A stretch of DNA of 63,206 nt, the filler included, from Diploschistes diacapsis (Eukaryota): the NCBI GenBank assembly GCA_023645945.1. It is 15 parts of 15 records of this genome, joined end to end, with 100 filler letters (N's around TTAATTAATTAA, not from the genome) between each part and the next. Parts side by side here need not be neighbours in the genome. Positions count along the whole stretch, not along the records: positions 1 to 25,312 come from JALAIB010000213.1; 14 more parts are not named here. One strand, given 5' to 3'. The notes below the pieces were generated by a model that did not search any database, was not told where the DNA came from, and was given only the letters and a program-made list of their open reading frames with translations. Made by a program: the position numbers and the translations under genes. This document shows positions 11,922-24,963 of this stretch, piece after piece (position 1 is the first letter of the stretch; each line of letters starts with the position of its first letter).

Positions 11922-12647
11922 TTACTCAGAACTGTCCAACAAGAATGCGCACCCCTCGCCCACCACATCATCGTCCTCCTCCGGCGGATTCCAAAGCGGC
12001 CTATCCATCGCCCTACGCCAGAAGGCGCGGCTCTTCATGCCAATCCGCCCTTGGTAGGCAGGCGAATACGACACATCATCGAGCGCGTTGTAAAACGCCC
12101 TCGCCTGGCCGTCGAGACCCAAGAGCCGGCAAGAGCGAATAATCCTCGTGATGCGCAAATGATTGTGGTCAAAGGGCTTGACCCACCTCCGAAAGCACGA
12201 CTCGTGGTTGTCGGATCTCCGCACCTGGTACACCGGAGGTATGATTGGAGGGGTATTTTTGTCGCGCACGGCTTTGAATCCGTAGAATCCGAGCACAACT
12301 ACGAGGGAGTTCAACAGGTTGCAGCGTAGGCATTGGCCTTCGTAACTGTCTTCGTTGAAGGCGTCGACGACCTCTTTGGTTACGACCGGCGCGGAGAGGT
12401 TGTATGCAGATCGCTCTGGGAGCGGGAAGACGTATTGGACCCAGTCGTGCGATCCCTCCATCTGGTCGTCCGTCATCCTGAGCATGTCCCCGAGCGTCCT
12501 GCCTCGGTCATCGGGCTCTGGCTCATGTTGAGGGAGATCGCGGTAGAATTTAACGAGGAAAGGTAATGGCTTTGAAGACTTCTGCTGACTCTCGGATTCC
12601 GGATCCCAGGGCGGAGGTGAGAAATTGCCGTCTATCCTCTCAGCCAT
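11922..12647 (-). CDS. Opioid growth factor receptor N-terminal (OGFr_N) domain protein
   Basis: DDRGRTL...HDWVQYVFPLPERS...AP...FYGF...DHNHLRITRIIRSCRLLG...FW matches the OGFr conserved region as I recall it; single exon. Confidence 0.85.
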   Translation of the reverse strand: MAERIDGNFSPPPWDPESESQQKSSKPLPFLVKFYRDLPQHEPEPDDRGRTLGDMLRMTDDQMEGSHDWVQYVFPLPERSAYNLSAPVVTKEVVDAFNEDSYEGQCLRCNLLNSLVVVLGFYGFKAVRDKNTPPIIPPVYQVRRSDNHESCFRRWVKPFDHNHLRITRIIRSCRLLGLDGQARAFYNALDDVSYSPAYQGRIGMKSRAFWRRAMDRPLWNPPEEDDDVVGEGCAFLLDSSE

Positions 12648-13216
12648 GGTTCTGTCAGAGCTATCTGGTGTTGTCAGATTGTCGATCTTTACTTCCAGCT
12701 CTTGTGTTGCAAAGTCTGGTTAATTTAAGCCTTTTCTAGCAACTAGAACCTGAAACAAATCTCAATTGCGAGCGAAGCGGCTTCATAAAGGAGCTTAGGA
12801 TTCTTTATGTAGAATGTCTGTGTTATTCTTATGAGTCGAAAATGAATACCGCAAACGTTAGCGCAGCAAACACACCTACAGTCATTCATGTAATGTGGAA
12901 GCACCTCATTTTAATGAATGAAAGAAGCCAAAAAAATCTGTGATGTTGTCTCCAGCAACTTTAAGCTCACGACCAGTACTTCAAGCGTTCCTGTATCTGC
13001 CTTGCAGCGAAACAAACCTGAGACACGCAGCAGTTCATGCTGGTGTGACCGTTTATGCAGAGCTTCATAACTAGATACCCAACTATCTGCTCATACATAC
13101 TTCTCTCGTGCTCAACCAGTGTCAATTCCTAGAAAAAGCCGTCTGCATCGCTGCTCGTGTATATAATCCTCGCTAGGCCCAAACCACAATCAATAGACCT
13201 CTACTTCCCATCGAAA

Positions 13217-14299
13217 ATGCCAATAACCCGCCCCCCACACCAACCCTGGCACCATTCCCTGACGCTCGATCTCCTCGTGCACATCTTCAACAAAAGCCTC
13301 TTCCATCCCTTCATCGCCTCCCTCGTGCCCCTCTGTCTCCTAGCCGGCGGCTACCCGCTCTCCGCTCCCGCCATCCGCAACACCATCTACTACGCCCTCC
13401 TCATCTGCACCTGCTCCATCCTGCACCCGCTCAGCGAGCGGCTGGCGCACGGCGTGCCACGGCCCGTCGACCACGACGACGAGGTCATCGTGATCAGCGG
13501 CGGCGCCAGCGGGCTGGGGAAATGCCTGGCGGAATCGTATGCGCTCAAGGGGGCCAGCGTTGCGGTGCTGGACATCGGAGGGGAACGAGTGGCAGAGGGA
13601 GAAGAAAAGGAAGAGGAAGAGGAAGAGGAAGGGGTGGATGGGGTGCGGTATTACACGTGCGACGTTGCGGACGCCGACGCGGTCGGGGAGAGCTGGGGAC
13701 GCATCACGAAGGAGCTTGGGACGCCGACGGTGCTGGTCAACTGCGCGGGCTTGGTGCACGGGAAGAGGATGGTTGACATGAGCGACGGGGAGGTCGAGCG
13801 GAGCTATGCCGTGAACACGGTCAGCCAGTACCGGCTCAACAGGTTCTTTCTCGACGGCGTCAAGCGCCGCGCGGGCGGCGGGACCATCGTGACGGTGAGC
13901 TCGGTGCTGGGGAAGCTCGGCGCTGCAAGGTTGTCCGCGTATGCGGCTACCAAGGCGGCGCTGACGGCGTACCATTACTCGCTGGCTGCGGAGCTGAGGG
14001 AGACACTGCCCAAGGTCAAGCTGATTCTTGTGGCGCCGGGGCGGTTGTCGACGGAACTGTTCTCTGGCTTGGAGCAGGGGCCCGTGCAGAGATTCTTTGG
14101 GCCGGTGGTGGAGGTGTCGGATTTGGCGATGAAGATTATCAGGATGACGAGCGAGGGGAGGGGGGGTATTATCGCGGAGCCGGCGTATGCGAGATGGATT
14201 GGGGCTATGGAGGTGCTGCCGGTGGGCGTGCAGAGGATTCTGAGGGATTTGACGGGCGTGGATAAGGCCATGGAGACGTTTCGCGGCAAGGGGAGCTGA
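13217..14299 (+). CDS. Short-chain dehydrogenase/reductase with N-terminal hydrophobic segments (Tda5/17-beta-HSD11-like)
   Basis: ISGGASGLG Rossmann motif, LVNCAG, TVSSVLG and catalytic YAATK; ATG at 13217. Confidence 0.9.
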   Translation: MPITRPPHQPWHHSLTLDLLVHIFNKSLFHPFIASLVPLCLLAGGYPLSAPAIRNTIYYALLICTCSILHPLSERLAHGVPRPVDHDDEVIVISGGASGLGKCLAESYALKGASVAVLDIGGERVAEGEEKEEEEEEEGVDGVRYYTCDVADADAVGESWGRITKELGTPTVLVNCAGLVHGKRMVDMSDGEVERSYAVNTVSQYRLNRFFLDGVKRRAGGGTIVTVSSVLGKLGAARLSAYAATKAALTAYHYSLAAELRETLPKVKLILVAPGRLSTELFSGLEQGPVQRFFGPVVEVSDLAMKIIRMTSEGRGGIIAEPAYARWIGAMEVLPVGVQRILRDLTGVDKAMETFRGKGS

Positions 14300-14957
14300 G
14301 ACGTGATTGAGAAGAAGAATGGATGCTGCTACTTTGAACAGGAGTTATGTTTCTGAAGTGTGACGGGAGATTACCTCGTCGCGCCTCTGTTCCCCAGAAG
14401 GATCGGAGACCTGTTTAGCATGATCTCCTTGGTAAGCTCGAAGAAGAGCTTTCTGCTGTTACAGCAAGTGCCACCCGAAAGAGAATCATGGCCTCCGCCT
14501 GTCGGGTATCCAATGTCTTAGTCAGGTCTCTACGCTCCAAGTTGCACTCGGAATTGAAGCTGAAAGAACTGCCGAGTTGGCCGATCAAGCCGCCTGGAAT
14601 CGAACATGTCGGAGCAGAGCATGGCAAAGCCGTGTTTGCTGGATATGTTACCTATCGTATGGAACGAGAGCGTCATTCATGGTGCTTCATTCCATCCCTT
14701 GCTATTTGCATGTATGATATTTGTATCATCCCTACTAAACTGTGAGGTCTATGTTGTTTTGCAGCTCAGGTGTCTATTCATCGCAACCGTACTCTCCCAA
14801 TACCCAAAGGGGAAATCTCAAGCTCACTGTCTCGGCAGCCTGCTCACATACCAAAAGATGAGCATTCAAGCAAGCATGCCAACCCTCCTCCCCCAACAGC
14901 CATCCACAAGCCTCAATGAATCCGTACAGGACACACCCCTGAGAACCCATCTTTAAA

Positions 14958-16947
14958 TCATCCTGGTAGGCCAAGCTCATGCATACACTTCACCCTCCGC
15001 AGCCATCCTTCTCCCGTTCTTGCCAGCCCCCTCTGCTCAAGCCATTCCTCCACAATCTTCCCCCAATCACCAGGCATATGAGCGCCTCCAAAAAGCTCCT
15101 TCACGGCCCCCCACAACCACTTCACCCATCCCTTCGCTTCCGTACCCTTCCGCCATGCCCTCAGCCGCAAGTCCCTGTGCAATGTGCCCAACAGGCTTAT
15201 ACCGTCGTACATGACATCCCCCAGAACCCTGCTCCCTGGACCATACGGATGCCTCCAGCGGAAAAACCTCTGCGTCCTAGCCACCCAGTACCTCGCCTCT
15301 TTCCTCGTCCCCGACACGCGCCATTCGGCCAGTTCGTGGTGCAGATATGCCCAGGCCCACAGCGCGGATATCTCGGCACGCGGCGCGCGGCTTGGAAGGT
15401 ATGAATTTTGCCCAGGAAGACCAAATTGCGTGTAGAACTTGCGACTTGGCAAACGCGGGGCCATGAAGCGGTAGACGCGCCAGGGCTCAGGATACTCAGC
15501 GGACATTCTGCCCTCTGTGGCGGAGTCCGAGAACGCGCCGGCTTCGGCAACGGAAGCGGGAGAGGATTTTGGAATCTGCGCGGGTGGACAGGGGCAGTTC
15601 AGTCACGCTTCTGAGCCGTGGTATAGGAGCCGCTAGAGACCCCCATATCGCTGAGGTCTTGTATAGGCTTGAAAGTAGAGGAAGGGGAGAGTTTCTGCCC
15701 TGTCACCGGAACGATGGCATCTGTCCGGACGGTGCGGCCACTTTGAAAGCGAAGAAAGGCCTTGCGGATCCGCATCGTGGTTTTCATAGTCTTGATACGG
15801 TGCCAGGTCTTCTTCCAGCACTTCGACTCCAGCCTCTTCGCAGACTTTCCAGAAATCCCGGTCGTAGTTGAGGATGCCAAGCTGAGCGGCATACCAGAAT
15901 ATATTGTGCCGAAGCATCAACTTCAGCCTTACCCTTTATCTTTGTCCCTACGTTGGGATTCGTGTACCCGGCTTGCCACAGCGTGTCGCTCGTCATCTTC
16001 TCAAAGAACTTACCTACTGCCCACCTGCCCAATCTCGTGCCATGCAGCCACTTCCTTGCCCAACCAAACCCATCTTCCCCTCCCCACAAGCACTGACTGA
16101 ACCACGTTTCAGGCCGTACCGTGAGCAAAGCCTCAATCCATACCTTCCAAGGCCCCATAGACATATAAGGAGGCACCATGCACCAGGCCCCGCTCCCGGA
16201 CTTGCGCACAACCCACGTTACCTTCTTTCCAGCCAAGGCGAGGGAGTAAATCGCATCGTATGCGCCTTTTGCACCCCCAAGCACGGTGATGTAGGATATG
16301 CTTTAGGTCGGATGCTAAAACTGGCCCAGTGGTAGGAAGAGCGGTGAAAGGGATGATAGGGTGGGAGAAACGGGACTGAAGGCCGAATTGGAAAGAGGAT
16401 GAGGGAGGAGGAGTGAAGACGATCAAACGCTTGTGCGGTCGATGAGAGCGGTACAGGTAATCGTCGAGTTCCTCCCGTTAGAGCCGGTTCGTAGACTCAG
16501 GCGCCATCCCTTGCCGGACGTTCTTGAGGTACTCTGCAGAGCCAGGGACGGGTTGATCTCAATCTCCTTAGCGGACATACATACACATGATGTTCAGGCA
16601 AATGTACGGTTCAACGCAGGCCCAACGAGCGTAATGTTCCATGTATATGTGCATGGCTGCGCCAGGGATGTGGGCACCATCACGAACGCCAATATGCTCG
16701 AGTCCAGCCGAGAGGATCGGAAAGGAAGGGAAGGAATAGGATGCTGCAATGTTGTTGGTGTGTAGGCTTTGATAGAAGTTCTCTTTGCACCAACTCCTCC
16801 AATAGATGAGTGTGGATCCAAGATCAGAAGAGGATGACCGTTGATGAGATTTGGAAAGAGACTTTTGATTGGGTAAAGAAAAGCTCAACCTGCAGCAAGT
16901 CCTTGAACGCCAGCGTCGAGGATGAGAGAAACATAATGCTAAGTCAT
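14958..16947 (-). pseudogene. Degenerate flavin-containing monooxygenase (FMO-like)
   Basis: Fragments across several frames: MT*HYVSLILDAGVQGLAAG* (decayed GAGxxG), SSIGGV/..LHTNN, ITVLGGAKGAYDA (NADPH-binding), IFWYAAQLGILNYDRDFW, TDAIVPVTG, PWRVYRF, AEISALWAWAYL, RWRHPYG. Several frameshifts and in-frame stops. Confidence 0.8.
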
Positions 16948-17175
16948 AGTTCTCTGGCTAAAGATAGAAGAGATGAGGGCAATAGGAAGACTAAGTAATG
17001 CTGGTGTTGCCGGCTTTTTCCAATCTAGAGTTTTACAGCTAATATTCTAGTACATAAATATTGGAGTTATTATCTAGCGAGTTAGTGCTACCGGTAGCAA
17101 TGCTAATATTAACTATTATTTATACAATATTATATTCCTATAATGTCCAAGGCTTCCGCAGAGGGCGCTGAGAAG

Positions 17176-19744
17176 CTACCATAGCTCGCAAGTTGGCTCT
17201 TTGACCGGGCAGTTAAAGGCCTCTCGGAATTCACGCGAGTTTTCCATCGTTCCCTGTAGCTCATTAGCTTCATTTCGAGATCGCTTTGAGAAGTGCTTAC
17301 CTTGATCCGGAGATCGATAGGAGAATGTGGATCAATGTATACGCGATTTCTGACCTCTTCTGGACGAACCATGCCACACCATGTGTTCGCATAAGAGATG
17401 AAAAACAGTTGCTCTTTTGTGAAGTTCATGAGTCCAGGCAATATAGGCCCCGGGTTCTCTGCTTCTCTAATCTTCCAGGCGTGGAATGCTGCAGAAGCGC
17501 CCCCTGCATCTGCAATGTTCTCTCCCAAGGTGAGCTTGCCGTTCAAGTGAATTGGCGCACCTTTCGGGTTTGGAACAGTATAATTATGGTACTGTTGGAC
17601 AAAGCAATCCGCCTTCTCTTGGAATGCTTCGACCGTTTTGTTATCCCACCAGTCCGAGAATCTGCCATTCATGTCGTAGTGGCGTCCAGTGGAGTCAAAA
17701 GCTATCGAATGCGTCAGCGAAGCAGTGCGGGGAACCAGAGATGCAAGGTTCACTCACCGTGAGAGAGCTCGTGTCCAGCCACGGATCCGAATGCACCATA
17801 GCTCAGGTACTGAGGTATCACCGGATTGTAGAATGTAGGCCGCTGCATTATGGCAGCAGGAAAGACTACTTCACCTAAGGGAGGGTTGTAGTAAGCCTGT
17901 CATAATTATCGGTGCCGACTCGTCTACCGACCATAGGGTATACTAACATTGACGGTTGAAGCAGTCATAAGCCACTCGTCCTTGTCTGTTGGTTTACCAG
18001 CCTTAGCCCACTGTCGGACTATACTAGTGTTCATCATGGATAGTTGATTAGAGAAGTACCCCCCCTCTGTAATCTTGACTCCAGCATACCGTTCCTTCAG
18101 CTCCTGCGCATCTTGAATGTTGGGACTGTTCGCTGGATAACCGATCTTCTGACGAATTGAGTTAACCTTTTCGATTGCCATCTCGCGCACATCTTTACTC
18201 ATCCACTCAGAGTTCTGAAGCTTGTTCGCAAGTCGATCTTTGATGTCTTGTATCACCTGATCACCGAAATCTTTTGAGTCTTGTGAAAAACTTTCCTTAA
18301 TATAATGGTGAGAAAGTATCCAGCCAAGCCCAGAGTCCACATGACCAATGCATGTCCGCCAGCGCTCTGGTCTCGAAGCGACGTCCTTACCTCTAAGGAG
18401 GTTGTAGAACTCGTAGAGGGGTCTCACAGCTTCGCTTTCAATCCGACTATAGTACCCTACGATAAGCTTCCACTGCAAATAATGTTCGATTGTTTCGGAG
18501 GAAGTTTGGTTGAGAATTTCAGATAGGGATCGCAGATAGGCCGGCGACTGGACAATGAACTTGCCCTCTGGCAAGTATTTCGGAACTCTCTTCTCGACTA
18601 GAGTAGAAATGGAGATTTGAGGCAGGAGGTTCTCAACTTCGGTTTGGTTCAAGGGGTTGTAAGCAAATGTTGGGTCACTGGCGTCCTCGGGGTTCGGCGA
18701 TGCCGCCGCGATCTTGCTTTCAAACTTGATAAGGGAATCAACACTGCTTTCTTTCGAGAAACTTGTGAGGTTATCGCAGAGATTGGAGAAAGAGCAAGAA
18801 CGTGACTTTTTGTCGGCCGCTAGACTTTCAAAAACAGGTGTGATGGTCCTCTTGTACAGTTCCAGTTGTTTCTCGTCTCTGTAATACTCTTTTGATAAAA
18901 GGCCCAGCCCCGGGCTCACTATCTGGATGATTTGCTGTTCTGGGTTTTTGTCGTCAGCCTCGACTCCAATATCCAATACGGCATCTTCGCCAAGTGTCAA
19001 CAGATAATCGATGCCAGCGGTGAGGTCGTTGGCTCCTTGTGCTTGATAGATATCTTCTAGCTTTGCTAGTAGATCTAACAAGGGCGTGTTGCCTTTCTCT
19101 TTAATGGCCGTTTCGTTCATACAGGAGTTGTACGCGGTTTGTAGCTTCTGGAAATTCTCTAGCTCCGCAAAATGCCTAGAGGACTCCTGAGCATACGGGG
19201 ATTCCAACACCTGTCGGAGAACAGCCTGGGCCGTTTCGCTCATGATGGACAGAGTCTGTATCGAGACCTGATCCGGTCGAATGCTATGTGTTCTACCAAA
19301 ACCCTCACAAGTGAACCTATGGAAATCCTGGCAAGGGTCTATCTGATCGTAATTTGGAGACATGTCCCTGATCAGCTCAGCGGCCGCGAGTACGCAGCCG
19401 GGCGTCGTACAGAGCGACATTGGGCTAGCTATGTATCGATTGACAAGGTCTTTGATACACACAACAGCTGTGCCGACGATGAGAATGCACGCAAGTGTGA
19501 TCAACAGAAGGTTTCGGAGAATTAGGTGTTTGACGGATCCACGAAGGTAACTATTCTTCTCCTCATAGTCTTTTACAGATCTGCGACGTTGGCGGCCCAT
19601 TTCCACGTCACTGTTTAATAGCAGAGGAGTATCTTCATCGTCTGTTGCTGGGGAAGGGTCCTTGAAGCGAACGCGTTCCTTTCTCTTCTGACCCTTGGGT
19701 TGGCACTCGGCATATTGTCTTGCGGTCGTCCCCGTGGATTCCAT
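17176..19744 (-). CDS. Peptidase M13 (neprilysin/endothelin-converting enzyme-like), type II membrane metallopeptidase, 4 exons
   Basis: N-terminal TM segment, CTTPGCV, IDPCQDF, VN|AYYNP across intron 17947-17897, zinc motif GHELSH, TLGENIAD, DPHSP, and C-terminus FNCPVKEPTCELW*. Confidence 0.93.
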
Positions 19745-20613
19745 GCTTTGTGATGATGAGATTACGGTGTATCCTCCCTTGTAGATGGGAAAGAGCGGTA
19801 CAGCTCAAGCTTGAGCTTCAAGCCCTTGGTACGTCAGTCAATATCGACTCCACTTTGACGATGCCATGGAACTGTAGACCAAAGTACTACGGATTTGCAC
19901 CATGAAGCTTCCAAAGACATCTATTGAACTTTATCAAGAGATGGTTTGCTCCTCCCACGGCATCAATCAAGGCGCAATTTTCTTCCACCGAAGGTAGGTT
20001 TGGGAGGGGACGTCACAAGCTCAGGATATCGGTGTTACGTCTTGGGCAGGCTTAGCCACAAGTGGCTAGGGCTATGGCTTATCGCCCTTTGGCACAGAGG
20101 GCAAGATATCACCCTACATTGTTCTCCCCCTTTACACGTACATCTTGGAGAGTATCTCAGCGGCTTCGTCTCGATTTATTGCCAAAGCACGCGCGCAGTA
20201 CAGGCACCGATGATTTTGTGTGATTTTGTGCCGCGCTTGTGGAAACTGAAATAGGATAGTGGAAAGTTATGCCTAATCAGTAGAAACACAGAGGTAATGA
20301 AGTCGATTGTGAAGCTCACCAGTTGCGACAAAGCGGGCTTATACGTCACTAACCGATCGCTGGTGTCCCAAAGATGTATTCAGTCCTGTCTCGCTTTTCT
20401 CTGATTATGTATGCAAGTCTGGTGAGTAGAGGAGGGTTTCCACGTTGCGGTCGCGTGTTCAACCCTTAGCCTACCATATTGCGACGCAGCTGAGGTCGAA
20501 GAGTGAAGCTTGGCACGTCCTTTTCAAGATAGACGCATAGAATATCTTTATATTTGGCAAGCCGTAAGCGCGTAAACGTGAGTTATTATATAATATCATA
20601 TCATACATCCATC

Positions 20614-21928
20614 CTAGACTCTGCCAAAGTCCCTGTCGACCCTTATTCCCTTTTCCCAGGCCTCGATCCCTTTCGACAACGTACCTTCACTGTCCGCTGA
20701 CCGGCTGTTCACAGTCACGCTATTCCCCAACCAGTCCTTCGCGCGGACATGACTCTGTAATGGCTCCAGGCTATAGCTGCGTGGACGGAAGCCGTCGCCT
20801 TCGTTGATATGAGGAGGGTCGGATCCGAAAGTTCCGGAAGAACCCTTGCTGAAGCGACTCGAGCGGAAAGAGAGCCAAGATTTGACAGAGGATACGGCGG
20901 CAGAGGGGAAAATAGGGCGGAGCGTGGGCAGGCAGGCGCAGATGAGGCCCACCCCTGTCTCGGCGTTGGACCAGATGATCAGCTTCGTGCGATCAACTGG
21001 TGCGGCTGTTAGCGAGAGGGAACTTGCTAAGCTGAGTAGGAGACAAAATGCCAAGTGACTTACAATCTGCTGTGTTGGCATTGTAGACGAGCGCGACGCG
21101 AAGGATGGCTGCTATGCAGGTACTGCGAGCAATCAGCTAGGTCTTTTTTTGATGGGATAAATCGGCTGACGAACCCGGCGCCTAGCAAGAAGATACCTGC
21201 AAGGGCGAGCTTGCGCTCGTTCGGCATTTGCAAGCCTCGGATCATGACGAACGGCAGGCAGAGCAATATCGCATCGATTAGGGCGTTGATAATCATCCCC
21301 CACAAGAACCCATCGGCGTAGTTGATACATGATGTGGCGTGCACGGACGGATCCCAGATAGATGCAACGGGCAGGCAGCGGAAGGCGGCGGCGGCTATGA
21401 TCACTGTCGCATGGATGAAGATGAAGATACCAAGGCCAAGAGTTACCCGGTGAAATCGTTGCGTTGTGAAGATTCGTCGGTACAGAAAGAGCACGCAGAA
21501 GCGCACGCAGACAACGTTGACTATGTTAACAAAGGATGATATGTAGTCTGCCTATATTTCATGTTCATTGGGCTCTCGATTGCGTGTGTCATGCAGGATA
21601 GGCATACTTTGTAGTAGACTACTAGTTGTTGAGGTGTAAACTCGTTGAGAGGCCATCCGACGCCTCCATCAAAGACACCTGGAGCGCTTCAGCAAGCTGA
21701 ATCTGCTACTTTGCACAGTCGGGTGAACCTACTCCAGTAGTCTGCCGCCACATTGCTCATGAAGAAGAGTACCGATAACAGTGCGAAGAGGTCATCAGCG
21801 CCGAGGTCGGCCTTGGTACGCTTTCGCGCGATGAAGCGCAACGCAACAACAATGATGTCCAATACGATAAAAACAACAGTCTCTTTGATTATCGTCCATC
21901 CGCTCCCACTAACTGTGGTCGGAGCCAT
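20614..21928 (-). CDS. PTH11-like integral membrane protein (fungal rhodopsin-domain family, no CFEM), multi-exon
   Basis: VVALRFIAR..LGADD, VLFLYRRIF, CLPVASIWD, DAILLCLP..IRGLQM..KLALAGIFLLG, WSNAETGVGLICACLPTLRP. Confidence 0.88.
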
Positions 21929-23258
21929 GATAGGGGACGTAATTCTTACCCAAGCTCAAGCTCAAGCTGACAACTCACAGCGAAATGGCGAAACGTGACG
22001 GGCAAGACTCGATTGAAAAAATGGAGAAAGGGCACAATAAACAAGGTTATAAGACACATGATGGCATACATTTTCAAATCAAGACGTGCAATGCGACATC
22101 AGCGAGCAAAAGCCAATGCTTACAGCAAGGATAGCCTGCAGTGAGTGAAATGGCGCTACAACAGTAGCATAGCTTGCGCAAGCCGACCACCCTTCAGGCC
22201 TGAAGGAGTGCTCGACCCCGTCCTAGCGCATAATCGGATGCATCTCACATCGGCCCTTACAGGCTACAGAACAGCGATATTTGGATGGCTTATCGGCAGC
22301 CTGTAAGACCTTGATCCGCTGGAGTTTAGAGGCGCAGTGCTTGCGACGTGGCTGGCTCGTGACTGGTGAGTAAAACATACTGAGATGCACGTTCATGGAC
22401 GAGGGAGTGGACATGCGACGCTCCGAAGCGAACAAAGGGGAACAGATGGGGTTGCGTAACAAATGATAGGTAGGCTAAAGGGTAGCTGGCCAAACTAATG
22501 GTGGAAGTTGACGTGCGCAAGCTCAGACAAATTAGGCTCGAAAAAAGTGTAGGAGCCGAAGGCCCAGATATGCTGCTCGAACTATTAGCACGTAAATAGT
22601 ATCGGGACTTGAGCAGGGAGATGTTTGCCCAATCACCTTCGCTAACAAACTCTCTCTCAAAGCATTTCCCTCGCCTAACCTTAACCTATTCCGGTATCAA
22701 GCTACCTATCTACTATCTGTCTAAACACGCGACACTAGCTTGCTTGGCCTTGTCTTGGAAGCCGTGACTGTCGTGATAGATGGGGTGTGAACCGTGTGAA
22801 GGGTGCTTATGGTAACTCCGCGCCTATAAGAGACTGCGTTGGCTCGTTGGGGCTGTCGTCCCTATGCCGAAGTGCCGATGGGGATGGGGATTACGAAGCG
22901 TAATCTGGGAGTCGCGGATAGTAGTAGCCTCAGAGTTATGGTAGGGATTTCAGGTTCAATTTTGGTAGCACACGTAGTACTACCCGCCGACAGCCACGGG
23001 TCCAGCCGTAGGAGATGTATAACGTGCGACCGGGAGGCGGAGGAGGGTGCAGTGCGGAAACACAAAGCACAAAGGCTGTGCCTCCAGCTGTACGAGTTCT
23101 AGCATCAGCTTTAGATGTAACCATACTATTTCGAGCAACGCATCGAGATTCAAGGTGTAGGGCATTTCATTAGTGCTAGATATCCTCAATCGTTCGCAGG
23201 GCCCGCACACTACTTCGGACACGTTTCTTGGTACACCCTGCCAACAGAACAGAAAAAA

Positions 23259-24711
23259 ATGGATATCGAAACACCCAAGGATATCGTTATAGTAAGCCCT
23301 CACACACTTATCCCATCCTGGTGCTCTATTGCTCATGGCCTTAAGGTTGGCGGTTCAATATGTGGTCTGATGCACGGCATCATACTGAAAAGACTCGGTC
23401 ACAATGTTCACATTCTCGAACAGAGTTCAACATCTCTCCGGCCTGCTCTTGCAGCTGGCATTACTGCAGGGCCATATTTTCAAGAATTCATGAAGAAGCA
23501 TGATCGATGTCAAGAACCCTACAGCCTTCCGAGTGCAGTGCAGTTCATCAATGCCACTGCCAGCGTCACTCGGAAGTTCAACGTGCCCCTGAAAATGACG
23601 AGCTGGGACGTTCTGTACTACCGACTGAGGGCCAATTTCGATGGATTCACTAGCGACCACTGCCCTCGTTCGTACGTCAATGAAGATAACGAGGGCAATG
23701 CATTTTTCGATCTCGGAAAGAAGGTCACCGGCGTGCAATCCCGCGCTGACGGGAAGGAAGGTCTCGAGGTGGCTTTTGACGATCTAATCGACCCTTCCAA
23801 GGGCTCCTCCATCTTTGCGGATTATGTTGTTGTAGCCGATGGCGCAAGTTCCTCAATCCGCCAGCAGTTGATTCCTGAGCCACACCGTCCTTACTCGGGT
23901 TATGTCGCCTGGCGCGGGACTGTCCCGGAGGAAGACGTGAGCCCAGAGACCGTCTCCCTTCTTGATCGGCATTTCTCAGCGTTCGTCATGAAAAAAAGCT
24001 ACATGGTTTCGTGAGTCCCAATAAGACTATTCATTCCGCTCACGTGGTTTCTGGAGCTGATCCTTATGAAGATATGTTATTCCGGGGTCCAAAGGTTCAC
24101 TACAGCCCGGTTCACGCCTTGTCAACTATCTATGGTACTTCAACGTGGCTGAAAATTCTCCAGAATTTGCGCGCATCATGACGGACACTGATGCCCATAG
24201 GCATCGCCACACGCTTCCAGTGGGCAAGATGCAGCCCGCAGTCTGGGAGCAGCAGAAAGCCGCCGGCCGACAGATGAATTTACCAGCGCCATACCAGGAG
24301 CTGATGGCAAAAACCGCATACCCTTTCATCAGCGCCATCCGTGATACGGCTCCTCGCGGTGCGTTGTTCCTAAACAAGCGTCTCTTCTTGGTTGGTGATG
24401 CACACGCGCTGTTCAGACCGCATATAGGCGCAAGCACCAACCAGGCAGCTCTGCACGCACTCGAGCTTGAGAAGGCTTTTCGTGGGGAAATTACCATCGA
24501 TGAGTGGGAGGCCGCTGTGACAGCCTATGGGAAACGGGCAAGAGCGCTGAGCGTTGCGCTTGGCACCTTCTTTCAGAGTGGATGGCTGGCCACATTGCCG
24601 TGGCTACTGACTGTTGTTGGCTTGTTCATCCAAGAGACGATCATGGGAAGAATAAAATGGGTCCAAGGTTTTTGGGTGGAGAAGAAGGTCCGCAAAGAAC
24701 ACAAGGCTTGA
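23259..24711 (+). CDS. FAD-dependent monooxygenase (2,6-dihydroxypyridine 3-monooxygenase-like); exons 23259-23291, 23346-24010, 24072-24711
   Basis: IVI|VGGSICGL, VVADGASSSIR, YSGYVAWRG, VGDAHALFRPHIGASTNQAA; two GT-AG introns. Confidence 0.9.
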
Positions 24712-24963
24712 TTGTTTTGGACATCGGATCTTGAATAGCGGAGGAAGCTCCCCGTGCCTTACATGCTACGGAGTTGCTGGAGCACTCGCAGGTTGCGTTT
24801 GACCATCCCTTGCTTGCAGATATCGAGTATATAAGTATTTTCAATAGATGGCTGGCAAAGACACGGCTGGATAATACAATTGACTTATGGCTTATGACGA
24901 AAAAACTGCTCAAGGTTGCATAATATGACTTTCCTCGAGAAAATGCTTACTCATGATAGTATA

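Noticed and set aside
13217..24711. Secondary-metabolite gene cluster (SDR, FMO, PTH11-like, monooxygenase)
   Set aside because: No PKS, NRPS, terpene synthase or cluster regulator in the contig, and the FMO is decayed.
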